Origin: an uncultured Bacteroidales bacterium
Lineage (GTDB): Bacteria; Bacteroidota; Bacteroidia; Bacteroidales; WCHB1-69
DNA length: 64,000 bases
Assembly (NCBI GenBank): GCA_900319925.1
Contig: ONQE01000001.1
Location: 8,452-72,451, forward strand
Reading direction: 5' to 3'
Under the pieces are notes generated by a model, which saw nothing but the letters and a program-made list of their open reading frames with translations, was not told where the DNA came from and ran no database searches. The position numbers and the translations under genes were made by a program. Below, piece after piece: positions 1-9,002 of this stretch. The number at the start of each line of letters is the position of its first letter. The first letter of the stretch is position 1.

Positions 1-605
1 AAACAGACGTACGGGCAGGGGTAGTTGAAGTTCTCCAAATAGCGGCCCGTGGCAGTGCCGTCGCTTGAGGGCGTGGAACTCCACCAGAAGGATTCTTCGC
101 CCACTTTCGTGTAGTTGCCGGGATAGCGGTAGCCACTGCGGGGCGGACGCACGAACCGTTTGATAATCCGCATATTCTTGTCTGAAAAGGGAATACGATA
201 CTGGTAGCCCTCCGCGACGCAGCCCTGTGTCATGGCCGTCCACTCCGCATCGTCCGGCAGGTGCCAACCATCGGGACAGACACCCTGCACACTCGCGGAC
301 GTTTTGCCCGTATCGCGCACCGCTGCCGTCCAGGTGTAGAGCAGCCCGTACTTCCGCACCGAATCTTGATTGTTGCTGTAGTCGAAATAGCAGGCAACGG
401 TCGTGTCCTTGTCCGTCACCTCGCCCCGCACAATCGGGCTTCCGTCGGCGTAATGGGTTGTCCGTAGGTTCTCCGCCATCCATCGCATCCCGTTGATTTT
501 CAGCGTGCGGTAGCGGTTCCCGTCGCAGTCGCGCACGGTGACGCACGCGGGGAGCAGGAGTACCAGTGCGCTGAAGAGGGCGAAAAGTTTTGCGGTGGGG
601 TTCAT
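1..605 (-). CDS. FISUMP (Fibrobacter succinogenes major paralogous, TIGR02145-like) domain lipoprotein; 3' end lies outside the window
   Basis: My own minus-strand translation from the ATG at 603-605 gives MNPTAKLFALFSALVLLLPAC (signal peptide plus Cys). It continues with NGMRWMAENL, YGLLYTW and CPDGWHLPDDAEW, which are hallmark FISUMP motifs. The frame stays open to base 1, so it is absent from the ORF track. Confidence 0.75.
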   Translation of the reverse strand, partial: MNPTAKLFALFSALVLLLPACVTVRDCDGNRYRTLKINGMRWMAENLRTTHYADGSPIVRGEVTDKDTTVACYFDYSNNQDSVRKYGLLYTWTAAVRDTGKTSASVQGVCPDGWHLPDDAEWTAMTQGCVAEGYQYRIPFSDKNMRIIKRFVRPPRSGYRYPGNYTKVGEESFWWSSTPSSDGTATGRYLENFNYPCPYVC

Positions 606-627
606 TTTGGAAGATGTTTTTCGTTGG

Positions 628-635
628 CAAAAATA
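628..635 (-). promoter_or_regulatory. Bacteroidota -7 promoter box (TAnnTTTG)
   Basis: Minus strand reads TATTTTTG, 22 nt upstream of the ATG at 605. Confidence 0.55.
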
Positions 636-675
636 CAATTATTTTGCAAAAGTGATGAAGTAATAAAAAAAATTG

Positions 676-683
676 TATCTTTG
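676..683 (+). promoter_or_regulatory. Bacteroidota -7 promoter box (TAnnTTTG)
   Basis: TATCTTTG, followed by two hairpins and a T-run (696-750) before the ATG at 759. Confidence 0.5.
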
Positions 684-720
684 CCGCCGAATCCCCCTTA
701 GGTGGAATATACTAAGGCTC

Positions 721-750
721 GCCCACTCCCAATAAGTGGGCTTATTTTTT
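721..750 (+). terminator. Intrinsic terminator-like hairpin plus T-run
   Basis: GCCCACT cccaata AGTGGGC followed by TTATTTTTT. A second hairpin precedes it (CCTTAG at 696-701 pairing with CTAAGG at 712-717). Confidence 0.5.
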
Positions 751-758
751 GAAAAACA

Positions 759-988
759 ATGAAAACAATGGATAAACAGAAAGTTATTGTCTATGTTGAT
801 GGGTTTAACAATTCCATCGTTCCAACAGCTTGAGTGGTATCAGCACATCAAGAGTGATCAACCTAGAACGTTATGAATCAAGATTCCGCCAGTGCATCTT
901 GCCAGATGTTGTGCATCTCAAGTCTGCTGATTTTGATTTGGCAATTCCTGACAAGTGGAAAGCCTACCAGAACAGGCAAAACATTTGA
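759..988 (+). pseudogene. Remnant of a NYN/LabA-like domain gene with an internal deletion
   Basis: The ATG at 759 gives MKTMDKQKVIVYVDGFN, an N-terminus typical of NYN-domain proteins, with a stop at 831-833. A second frame running to 988 encodes ...ILPDVVHLKSADFDLAIPDKW, which resembles the family C-terminus. The middle of the gene is absent. Confidence 0.35.
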
Positions 989-995
989 TTATCTT

Positions 996-1994
996 TTACC
1001 TCGCATTCTCCTCTATCCACTTCCCGATTTCCGATTCCGAAAGGCCGCCGCCCTCAAAGCGGTTGACCTCCACGTCGTCTTTCAGCAAAACGACGGTCGG
1101 CACTACTTTTACGCCAAAGCGGTTTGCGGTCACGGGGGACTCGTCAATGTCGATTTTGAAGAAGGCAACCGTCTTGCGGTGCTGGCGTGCGAGGTTCTCC
1201 AAACGCGGTTCTAAAAGTCGGCACGGACCGCACCATCTCGCCCCGAAATCCAACAGCACGTATCCCTTCTTCACCTTCTTGTCGAAAACCTCATCGGAGA
1301 TCTTTTCCACATACTTTCCCTCTTTCTGGGTGAGCATCTCGTTGATTTTCAAGCTGTCGCATTCACGATAGACAATTTTGCCCTCCTCGTCCAGAGTGAT
1401 GACAATGGCCTTCTCCTCGTCGGGAAGGGCGAACAGCGCCATATCCACATCTCCGTAGCGCAAGTCCTGTAACTCCTTGGAGGTGCGCATCCTTATCCCT
1501 TTCATCGTCAGCTCGGATTCCGATTTCACCACGAGCCCATATTGAAGGTCTGCGAAAACCCCATAATTGAAAGGTATCTTGAAAGAGGTGTCGATCCAAA
1601 CGGTGCTTTTCCCTTGCATCATTTCCGTTTCAATCTCGTATTCCACCCGGAGACAGGAGTATCCGTTGACGGGAACAAGGGTGTCAGAAAACAGCAGTGG
1701 CGTGTCGTCGGAGCTTTTTTCCATCGTCTTTCTGGTGACAATCGGAGTTCCCATCATGGATTGGATACTCACAAGCTCTTGTGAATCATCCCTATAGATG
1801 ATTTTTGATTTTATATCGGGCATGTCAGACACGACATTATCCCCTTTATAATATTCCACAAACTTCGATTCAGAGGCCATCCCTCCCGACGTTTTTTGCA
1901 CGTATGTCAGCCGGCCCTCGAACGACGGCTGAGCGAAGATGCTGCTGAAGGCGAGGGTGGTCAGCAGGAGGAAGAAAAGGGTAAAGCGTTTCAT
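996..1994 (-). CDS. Secreted protein with a C-terminal thioredoxin domain
   Basis: 332 aa. N-terminal signal MKRFTLFFLLLTTLAFSSIFAQ. The C-terminal roughly 100 aa contain the WCGPC active site. Confidence 0.8.
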   Translation of the reverse strand: MKRFTLFFLLLTTLAFSSIFAQPSFEGRLTYVQKTSGGMASESKFVEYYKGDNVVSDMPDIKSKIIYRDDSQELVSIQSMMGTPIVTRKTMEKSSDDTPLLFSDTLVPVNGYSCLRVEYEIETEMMQGKSTVWIDTSFKIPFNYGVFADLQYGLVVKSESELTMKGIRMRTSKELQDLRYGDVDMALFALPDEEKAIVITLDEEGKIVYRECDSLKINEMLTQKEGKYVEKISDEVFDKKVKKGYVLLDFGARWCGPCRLLEPRLENLARQHRKTVAFFKIDIDESPVTANRFGVKVVPTVVLLKDDVEVNRFEGGGLSESEIGKWIEENAR

Positions 1995-2020
1995 AAAATC
2001 TATTTATTGATAAGTGATTT

Positions 2021-2088
2021 TGACGCGGCAAAGATACGCATTTCCGCAACACGGGCCTCCGCCAAACTCGCGAGAGGCGAATTTTTGT
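2021..2088 (-). promoter_or_regulatory. Conserved upstream element, copy A (includes the -7 box TATCTTTG at 2029-2036)
   Basis: About 68 bp, near-identical to 8212-8278. Contains the inverted repeat GCCTC...GGAGGC and the string CCGCCAAACTCGCG. Lies 27 nt upstream of the thioredoxin-domain gene start. Confidence 0.5.
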
Positions 2089-2113
2089 GGAGGTGTGGTC
2101 TTTAATTGCGTTT

Positions 2114-2683
2114 TTATTCTTTGAGCAACTCGTCGATTTCTTCGTTGAGTTCGTCGAAGCGTTTCTTTACCCGCTTGGAGGTTTTGATTACGACAGGAAT
2201 GGACAAAAGACCGGAGACTAGTAGAGTAAAGAACATTGATCTGTCGTAGAAAAAGAGGTAAACATATATCAACAATGATATTATTATGCCAACAACCTGT
2301 ATGACAATGCGTTTACGCTTCGAATAGGTCGTGCTCTTTTGAATACTATCCCGCAACGAAAGGAGACCTTCGCGACTCTGCGCGTCGGCTTTTCGGAGAC
2401 CGTTGGTGGCGATAAGACTGTCCAACGTAATCCAGCCAAGAAAGAGGTCACTGGGGAGTAAAAGCCACCACGGCCAATATTCACAGAGGATAAAGTTACT
2501 GGCGGTTATGATGACTACCAAAAATATGACGGAAAGCAAGTTCTGCATATAGAGGTGCTTGCTGTGCCGTTTCACCGCACGCTGCCATACCTCCCTGTTG
2601 AAGCTGCTGTGCTGCTCCACATTCTGCTGCAGGTCGTGCAGTTCCTGCTGCAGTTCGCTTTTGATGTCTTCGTACTGTTCCAT
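2114..2683 (-). CDS. 4-TM membrane protein, putative partner or anti-sigma of the upstream ECF sigma (paralog 1)
   Basis: 189 aa. A cytoplasmic helix (MEQYEDIKSELQQELHDLQQNVEQHSSFN) precedes four hydrophobic segments. It starts 15 nt after the sigma gene stop. Its first 28 aa are identical to the ORF at 6079-6657. Confidence 0.6.
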   Translation of the reverse strand: MEQYEDIKSELQQELHDLQQNVEQHSSFNREVWQRAVKRHSKHLYMQNLLSVIFLVVIITASNFILCEYWPWWLLLPSDLFLGWITLDSLIATNGLRKADAQSREGLLSLRDSIQKSTTYSKRKRIVIQVVGIIISLLIYVYLFFYDRSMFFTLLVSGLLSIPVVIKTSKRVKKRFDELNEEIDELLKE

Positions 2684-3252
2684 ATCTGTTTTGAGGTTTA
2701 GTCGGTGAATGATTTGAGTTTCTCGCGTATGCGCACCAAGCGCACGCTGACGTTATCGACGGTGATGCCGAGGATGGCGGCAATCTCGTCGTAGGGCAGG
2801 TCTTCGAGCCAAAGCAGAATCAGTGCGCGGTCGAAGGGATGCAGCCGTGCGATGCGCTTGTGCAGTCGGCTTGCCGCCGGACAGGCCTCCTCGGCGGCGA
2901 AGAGGTCGATGTCCATTTCCAAAGGCATGCAGTCGGGACGGCGGCGGTTGCGCTTGTCGAAGGTCACGCAGGTGTTCAGGGCCACGCGATAGACCCACGT
3001 TTTGGCCGAGCTGCGCCCTTCGAAACTGTCGATGCCCTGCCAGAGGCGTATCAGCACCTCTTGGGCGAGGTCGTCCGCTTCCTGGCGGTCGTTGGCGAAG
3101 AGGTAGCACACAGAGTAGATGGTCTGCCGCTGCTCCTGCATTAACCGCTCGAAGTCGTGCTCTTTCTGTTCTTTGTCTTTTTTCTGCTTCATCTTTCAGA
3201 CGTTGTTTTCCTTTTGACTACGAAGGTGGCGATACACCTCAAACTCAAAAAA
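2597..3252. repeat. Direct repeat copy 1 (about 0.65 kb), paired with 6571-7232
   Basis: Hand alignment shows near-identical DNA. It covers the sigma gene, about 60 bp of its leader and the first roughly 85 nt of the downstream TM gene. Confidence 0.85.
2698..3192 (-). CDS. ECF-type RNA polymerase sigma-70 factor (paralog 1)
   Basis: 164 aa. Region 2-like DDLAQEVLIRLW and region 4 HTH DLPYDEIAAILGITVDNVSVRL. Confidence 0.85.
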   Translation of the reverse strand: MKQKKDKEQKEHDFERLMQEQRQTIYSVCYLFANDRQEADDLAQEVLIRLWQGIDSFEGRSSAKTWVYRVALNTCVTFDKRNRRRPDCMPLEMDIDLFAAEEACPAASRLHKRIARLHPFDRALILLWLEDLPYDEIAAILGITVDNVSVRLVRIREKLKSFTD

Positions 3253-3308
3253 TGGCAATACCAAACTTCTGGGATTTCTCATTCAGGCTGGATTTATAAA
3301 GCCAAAGC

Positions 3309-6025
3309 CTATTGCTGCATCGTCGTCGGCTGCATATCGACACGAGTGTAGATTTCGGGGTGGAAGTACTTTTTCATGAATTCGACCATCTCTTTCTTGG
3401 TAACCGAATTGACGATGTTGTCGTATTCGGAAGGCGCGATAATCGGCTCATCTTGGATAACCTTGCCGCTGATATAGCCTAACCAGAAGCTGTTGGATTG
3501 GATGTTCTTGGCATGGGTGCTGGTCATCTGCTTCTTGATGAGGGCCATGGTCTTATTGTCCGGACCCTTGGCCTTGAAGTCGTTCAAAATCTTGAGGCTG
3601 GCAGTAGCCAATTTGTCTGTCTTCACCGGGTCGCAACCTAAGAGAATCATCAGGGTTATTTCAGGACGAGGCAGTTTGCCGGCGCTCATACTTACCGTCG
3701 GGGAATAGACATCGCCCATCTTTTCACGCACAATCTTGACGAACAGGATGTCTAATGCCTCACCGATCATATCGGTGATGATGGCGTTGCGGTAGCTCCA
3801 GTCGATGGGGTTGGTGATGAACATGCCCATCCAGCCCTGTTCCTCGGTACCGGCATAAACGGTTTGCGTAGAGGCCTTGTCGGGACGCGGTTTCAGTACG
3901 TTGAGGTTGTAGTTCTCTTTCTTACCGGATTCGGTCTTCAGGGAACCGAGATAGAGTTCCACAAATTGTTTCATCTCCGTCTCATCGTAGTTGCCCACGA
4001 AAAAGAAGGTAAAGTCAGCGGGATTGGCGAAACGCTCCTTGTAGATCTGCACGGCGCGATCGAAGTCAGTCTGTTTCAGATATTCCTCATCGTAAGAGAA
4101 GAACTGTTTCATATAGGGGTCGTTATTGTTAGCGGCTTCAACCAACTGGCCCAAGAACTGGTACATCGGTTGTGCTTGGAGCATCTTGATGCCCTCGCGG
4201 CTCTCGTCCATCATCAATTCGAAAGCGTTGGTGTCGATGCGCGGATTGGAGAAGAAAGCGTTAAGATATTGGAAGAAGAGATCCAGGTCTTTCGGGGAAG
4301 AAGAACCGTTGAAACCTTCTGACAACAGTTTGATTTCAGGATAAAGGCTTACGTTTTTGCCCTTCATCTTCTTCGACAGGGAGTTGTAATCCAGACCGGC
4401 TATACCGCCATGGTTGATAATGTCGCAAGCGAAATCAGCGGAAGCCAGATCTTTCACGGGATAGAGCGTTTTGCCGCCCTTGCTGATGGCGGTAAACAGA
4501 ATCTCATCGTTCTTATAGTCGGTTTTCTTCAGATAGACAGTGATGCCGTTAGAGAGCGTCCATTTCTCGGCACCTACGGTCTCGATTGTCTCCACATTTG
4601 TGATTTTGCCGGGCTTCAGTGTCTCCTTTTCGAGGATTTCTTGATCCTTATAGGTATCCACATAAGGTTGTACATTAGTTAAAGACTTGTCTTTCAATAT
4701 AGAAAGGATCTCGTCCTTGCCGGGAACGGTGACGCCTTCTTTGTCTGGGGCGGTGACAACGGCCACCATATTATCTTCCGTCACCCAATTCTTGGCCAAT
4801 GCATTGATTTCCTCCAAGGTAATATCTCCCATCAGCTTTTTGGCGTAATTGTTCTCACGTTTTGCACCCGGGATGGGGTCTTGATGCAGGAAGTTGTTGA
4901 CGTATTCGGAGGCGAAACTGGCAGATTCGGTCTTGTCAGCCTCCTTGGCCGCCTTGTCGTAGAGCTCCAGGAGTTCCTCTTTGGCACGATCGAGTTCGGT
5001 CTGCAGGAAACCGTATTTCAGCACGCGGTAGTCCTCTTGCAGGAGCGCGCGCAGCGCATCGGGAATGCGGTTTTCCTTAGCTATGGCTTCCAAAGCGTAA
5101 GCATCGGTGTTACCGTAAAAGTTGCCATATCCGCCGTTGGCACCCATGAACGGGCACTTCGGGTCCTGGGTCATTTCCGTAAAGCGGGCATCCAGCATGG
5201 TGTTATAGAGGTCGATGCAGAGTTGGTCGCGGAAGTCGCCGATGGTCTTCATCGCGGTGTGTTTGTGCTTGCGGATGAGCTGCCGAACATAGCTTTGATT
5301 TTGCCTTCCACTTCCGCCACGTTGATATCACCTACCACAATCACCGCCTGTAGGTCTGGACGATACCAATCGTTGTAAAAGTCCTTGATGACTTGGTAGT
5401 CAAAGGTTTGCAGAATGTCAAGCTTACCGATGGGCATACGGTCGGCGTAGCGGGAACCTTGCATCAGGATCGGCCAATACTCCTTGCGCATACGGTCCAC
5501 GGCACCGAGACCGAGGCGGTGTTCCTCGATAATGACACCGCGCTCCTCGTCAATTTCTTTGTTGTCGAAGAGCAGACAGGCAGCCCAGCCTCTCATGATT
5601 TTGAGGCCGAGGTCAATGTTGGTAGGATCGTCCGTCGGCATGGGAATCATATAGACCGTCTCGTCGAAGTAGGTGTTGGCGTTGAGGTCGGCACCGAACA
5701 CCACGCCCTTGCTGCGCAAGTGATCCACCACGCTATTGCCAGGGAAACCCTCGATGCCGTTGAAGGCCATGTGCTCGGTGAAGTGCGCCAGACCCTGCTG
5801 GTTATCGTTCTCCTGGTTGGAGCCGACATTCACCGCGAGACGGAACTCCACACGATTCTTCGGGTAGGTGTTCTTGCGGATATAATAGGTCAGACCGTTG
5901 TCCAATTTGCCGATGACCACGTTGGGGTCGGCCTTGATGGGATCGTTCAGGTTCAGGTCACCCTTCTGCGCGAAAACGGCCAACGCACAGATCATCGCCA
6001 TCATAAACAAAAATACTTTCTTCAT
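3309..6025 (-). pseudogene. M16 family zinc peptidase (pitrilysin-like), split into two ORFs
   Basis: ORF 5249-6025 (258 aa) has a signal peptide and the HxxEH motif (HFTEH). ORF 3309-5252 (647 aa) continues the M16 fold in a different frame. The frames meet near 5250-5290. Confidence 0.7.
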
Positions 6026-6060
6026 AAACGTTTGTGTTAAAATAATTGCAACATTTCCTT

Positions 6061-6081
6061 AGACTTAAGACTTGGGACTTA
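6061..6081. repeat. Heptamer array, family F (AGACTTA AGACTTG GGACTTA)
   Basis: Three clear units plus two degenerate ones extending to 6095. Contains the stop codon and last codons of ORF 6079-6657. Lies 36 nt upstream of the M16 start. Confidence 0.5.
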
Positions 6082-6657
6082 AGAGGGTTGGGATTCGTCC
6101 AGTAGCTCGTCGATTTCCTCGCTAAGCTCGTCGTAGCGTTTCGTCACCTCCCGGGTTCTTTTGCGACCAAAGGGACCATTTAAGAATCCAATCCATATAA
6201 TCATGGAGAAGCAGGCTATGCGGTCGTAAAAAAAGAGGAAAACTTCAGACACCAGAAACAAAATGATACCGATTATTCGGATGATGGTGCGTTTGCGCTT
6301 CGAGTAGGTCTTTAAACTTTCTCGCAGCGAGAGGAGACCTTCGCGGCTCTGCACGTCGGCCTTCCGGAGACCAATTATGGCGAAAAGGCTGTCAACCGCT
6401 ATCCAAACAAAGTACAGGTCGCACAAGAGGATAAGCCACCAAGGCCACTTGATGAGAGTGAGAGCGACGGTTAAGGCAATCGTGATGACTACAGCCGCTC
6501 CTGCGAGAAAAGCGTTTAGCCAGTAGAGTTCATTGCTGGACTGTTTCACCGTCTCCCGCCATGCGTCATTGTTGAAGCTGCTGTGCTGCTCCACATTCTG
6601 CTGCAGGTCGTGCAGTTCCTGCTGCAGTTCGCTTTTGATGTCTTCGTACTGTTCCAT
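6079..6657 (-). CDS. 4-TM membrane protein, putative ECF sigma partner (paralog 2)
   Basis: 192 aa with the same architecture as 2114-2683. The N-terminal 28 aa are identical, the membrane part has diverged, and the motif LRKAD.QSREGLLSLR is shared. Confidence 0.6.
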   Translation of the reverse strand: MEQYEDIKSELQQELHDLQQNVEQHSSFNNDAWRETVKQSSNELYWLNAFLAGAAVVITIALTVALTLIKWPWWLILLCDLYFVWIAVDSLFAIIGLRKADVQSREGLLSLRESLKTYSKRKRTIIRIIGIILFLVSEVFLFFYDRIACFSMIIWIGFLNGPFGRKRTREVTKRYDELSEEIDELLDESQPS

Positions 6658-7232
6658 ATCTGTCTTGAGGTTTAATCGGTGAATGATTTGAGTTTTTCGC
6701 GTATGCGCACCAGACGTACGCTGACGTTATCGACGGTGATGCCGAGGATGGCGGCAATCTCGTCGTAGGGCAGGTCTTCGAGCCAAAGCAGGATCAGTGC
6801 CCGGTCAAAGGGATGTAATTTCGCGATGCGCTTGTGCAGGCGGCTGGCGGCAGGACAGGCTTCCTCGTCGGCGAAGAGGTCGATGTCCATTTCCAGCGGC
6901 ATGCAGTCGGGACGGCGGCGGTGGCGTTTGTCGAGGGTCACGCAGGTGTTCAGCGCCACCCGATAGACCCACGTCTTGGCCGAGCTTCGCCCCTCAAAAC
7001 TGTCGATACCCTGCCAGAGGCGTATCAGCACCTCTTGGGCGAGGTCGTCCGCTTCTTGGCGGTCGTTGGCGAAGAGGTAGCACACCGAGTAGATGGTCTG
7101 CCGCTGCTCCTGCACTAACCGTTCGAAGTCGCGCTCTTTCTGTTCTTTGTCTTTTTTCTGCTTCATCTGTCAGACATTGTTTTCCTTTTGACTACGAAGG
7201 TAGCGAAAAACTACACCCTAAACTCAAAAAAA
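6571..7232. repeat. Direct repeat copy 2, paired with 2597-3252
   Basis: See copy 1. Confidence 0.85.
6672..7166 (-). CDS. ECF-type RNA polymerase sigma-70 factor (paralog 2)
   Basis: 164 aa. Differs from paralog 1 at 6 residues by hand count. Confidence 0.85.
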   Translation of the reverse strand: MKQKKDKEQKERDFERLVQEQRQTIYSVCYLFANDRQEADDLAQEVLIRLWQGIDSFEGRSSAKTWVYRVALNTCVTLDKRHRRRPDCMPLEMDIDLFADEEACPAASRLHKRIAKLHPFDRALILLWLEDLPYDEIAAILGITVDNVSVRLVRIREKLKSFTD

Positions 7233-7243
7233 TTGAATCTCCG

Positions 7244-8200
7244 CTATTTACAGCATTCCATTTTTTTCAGCTCCGCCAAACGACGTTGGGCCGTGCGGAG
7301 GGAGAAATGCAGGTCGTCTGCCACCTGCTGCGCATTGGCACTGGGATTCTTTTCCAGATAGTCCCGTAGCCGTCTCAAATCTTCGGAAAGGCCTGCATTG
7401 TGGCTTTCCACATCCGTTTCGTTGAAATCTTCGTGAGAATAGAGTTCTGGATTCCAGGCTTTTAGATGCTTCATGACCTCTTCCGTTTTTGTGGAATAAT
7501 AGTGGATGATTTTGTCCTGCCCGTTCACGTTTATGCACAGCGCAGTGTCATTGTAGCGCACGATGCTGTCTCGCATGACAAGGGTCTGGCGGTTGACCCG
7601 GGTCCAAAGCTCAGAAGGAATCAGCTCCTCCAATTCTGAAAGGGTACCGTTTCGATGTGTTGTTTCTCCGTTTTTCAAGATGAGAACAACTCCGTCTGTA
7701 TCGCAAGTAAAACAGGCAATATCCTTAAAATCAATCAGCTGCTGCTTCCTCTCCGGCGAAATGACCACTAATTTGTCATCAGCGTAGTCAAATGCCCGCT
7801 CCACGTTGTCAATCACAAAGTAATGGTTCCGGTTGATGAGCGCAAACGCATAGATGAACGCCGGGAAGAGGAGGATGGTGGCGATGATGGCCCCAAAAGG
7901 GAGAAACAAGTTCACATGCAAGAACATTAATAGGATGAGAATGAGGTCATACAGCACGTACAGACACATCGGAAAGTTGTCGATGGTGTCGAACAGGATG
8001 GTGTCCCCATCTCTGACCGAACAATGACGGCTGCTTTTGAAAAAGTTGTCCTTGATTGTCAGATTGAACTCTTCCTTTCCCACATTGAGGGTTAGCGGGC
8101 GGAAACGGTAAACCTTTCCGACCAATTCTCCGTCGATGAACACCAGATACGGGGTGATTTTGAAATAGCCGAACGGTTTTTGCTTGATGGTGATTTGCAT
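7244..8200 (-). CDS. Membrane protein with a LytTR-like DNA-binding domain and a C-terminal HTH
   Basis: I moved the start to the ATG at 8198-8200 (MQITIKQ) because the longer ORF covers its own promoter box. Hydrophobic segments lie around residues 95-150. The LytTR-like core is IDFKDIACFTCDTDGVVLILKNGETTHRNGTLSELEELIP..WTRVNRQTLV. The C-terminus reads NAQQVADDLHFSLRTAQRRLAELKK. Confidence 0.6.
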   Translation of the reverse strand: MQITIKQKPFGYFKITPYLVFIDGELVGKVYRFRPLTLNVGKEEFNLTIKDNFFKSSRHCSVRDGDTILFDTIDNFPMCLYVLYDLILILLMFLHVNLFLPFGAIIATILLFPAFIYAFALINRNHYFVIDNVERAFDYADDKLVVISPERKQQLIDFKDIACFTCDTDGVVLILKNGETTHRNGTLSELEELIPSELWTRVNRQTLVMRDSIVRYNDTALCINVNGQDKIIHYYSTKTEEVMKHLKAWNPELYSHEDFNETDVESHNAGLSEDLRRLRDYLEKNPSANAQQVADDLHFSLRTAQRRLAELKKMECCK

Positions 8201-8211
8201 AGTGGTTGGTT

Positions 8212-8278
8212 TAACGCGGCAAAAGTACGTATTCTCGCAACACCGGCCTCCGCCAAACTCGCGGGAGGCGAATTTTGG
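8212..8278 (-). promoter_or_regulatory. Conserved upstream element, copy B (includes the -7 box TACTTTTG at 8220-8227)
   Basis: Near-identical to 2021-2088. Lies 12 nt upstream of the LytTR gene start. Confidence 0.5.
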
Positions 8279-8388
8279 CGGCATTTTCATTCCACATTTG
8301 TGGCTATATTGCCACTTTTGGGGAATGAAAACACACTAAATATTTTGAATCTTCGCCATTTGCCACGTCTCATTAGTTCTTCTAAGGA

Positions 8389-8988
8389 TTACTGTAACGT
8401 CATGTAAAACTTGTCCGTGTTAATCAGTACGATAGCCGCTTTTTTGACGGCCCCGTTTTCGCGCAAATTGGATTTGACCGTTTCAATGGCCGATTTTGAG
8501 ATTTTTGGAAGCATATTGGTCCAAAACACTACAATCAGGTACTCGGAATCGTCATGGATTCCGTAAATGTCTCTGATTTTCGATAGATTCTGCATTTGCG
8601 GAGTGATGGGGACAGCCGTCGCCGGCGGGAACGTTTCAAACCGTTGATCCGTATTCCAGTTCAGGTTGGCGAGTCCGCCCTTTGCCGTGCAATTGATGTG
8701 ATAGGAGAGAAGCGAATCCTTTTTGAGGTAGAGGATTTGAACCGGCTGGACAGCAGTCTGATGTTGCCACAAACTGTCCTGGATGCACGTCCGATAAGCG
8801 TCAAACTGCTCGTACTCACTGACTATAGGTTTGATTTTGAAATCCCGGTCCAGGACAGAAGTAATCATCTGGTCATATTCTTTCTGATCAAACTGCTTTA
8901 TGGGTTTGAAATCGTACAGCACCCTACAGCCTGCCAGCAGTATTGCGATGGCAAGAAACAAGGTGGCAAAACGACTTTCATTCTTCAT
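8389..8988 (-). CDS. Hypothetical lipoprotein
   Basis: 199 aa. Signal peptide with lipobox-like LLAGC. No family recognised. Confidence 0.55.
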   Translation of the reverse strand: MKNESRFATLFLAIAILLAGCRVLYDFKPIKQFDQKEYDQMITSVLDRDFKIKPIVSEYEQFDAYRTCIQDSLWQHQTAVQPVQILYLKKDSLLSYHINCTAKGGLANLNWNTDQRFETFPPATAVPITPQMQNLSKIRDIYGIHDDSEYLIVVFWTNMLPKISKSAIETVKSNLRENGAVKKAAIVLINTDKFYMTLQ

Positions 8989-9002
8989 GATTCTGTGATG
9001 TT

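Noticed and set aside
7244-8290. Longer N-terminal versions of several track ORFs (8290, 14693, 23837, 30363, 51574, 53976, 63037, 24936, 28361, 61142).
   Set aside because: The extensions run through the gene's own TAnnTTTG promoter box or through repeat DNA. An internal ATG gives the canonical N-terminus of the family (for example MKYKRILLKLSGE for PyrH and MILINIGDE for CinA).
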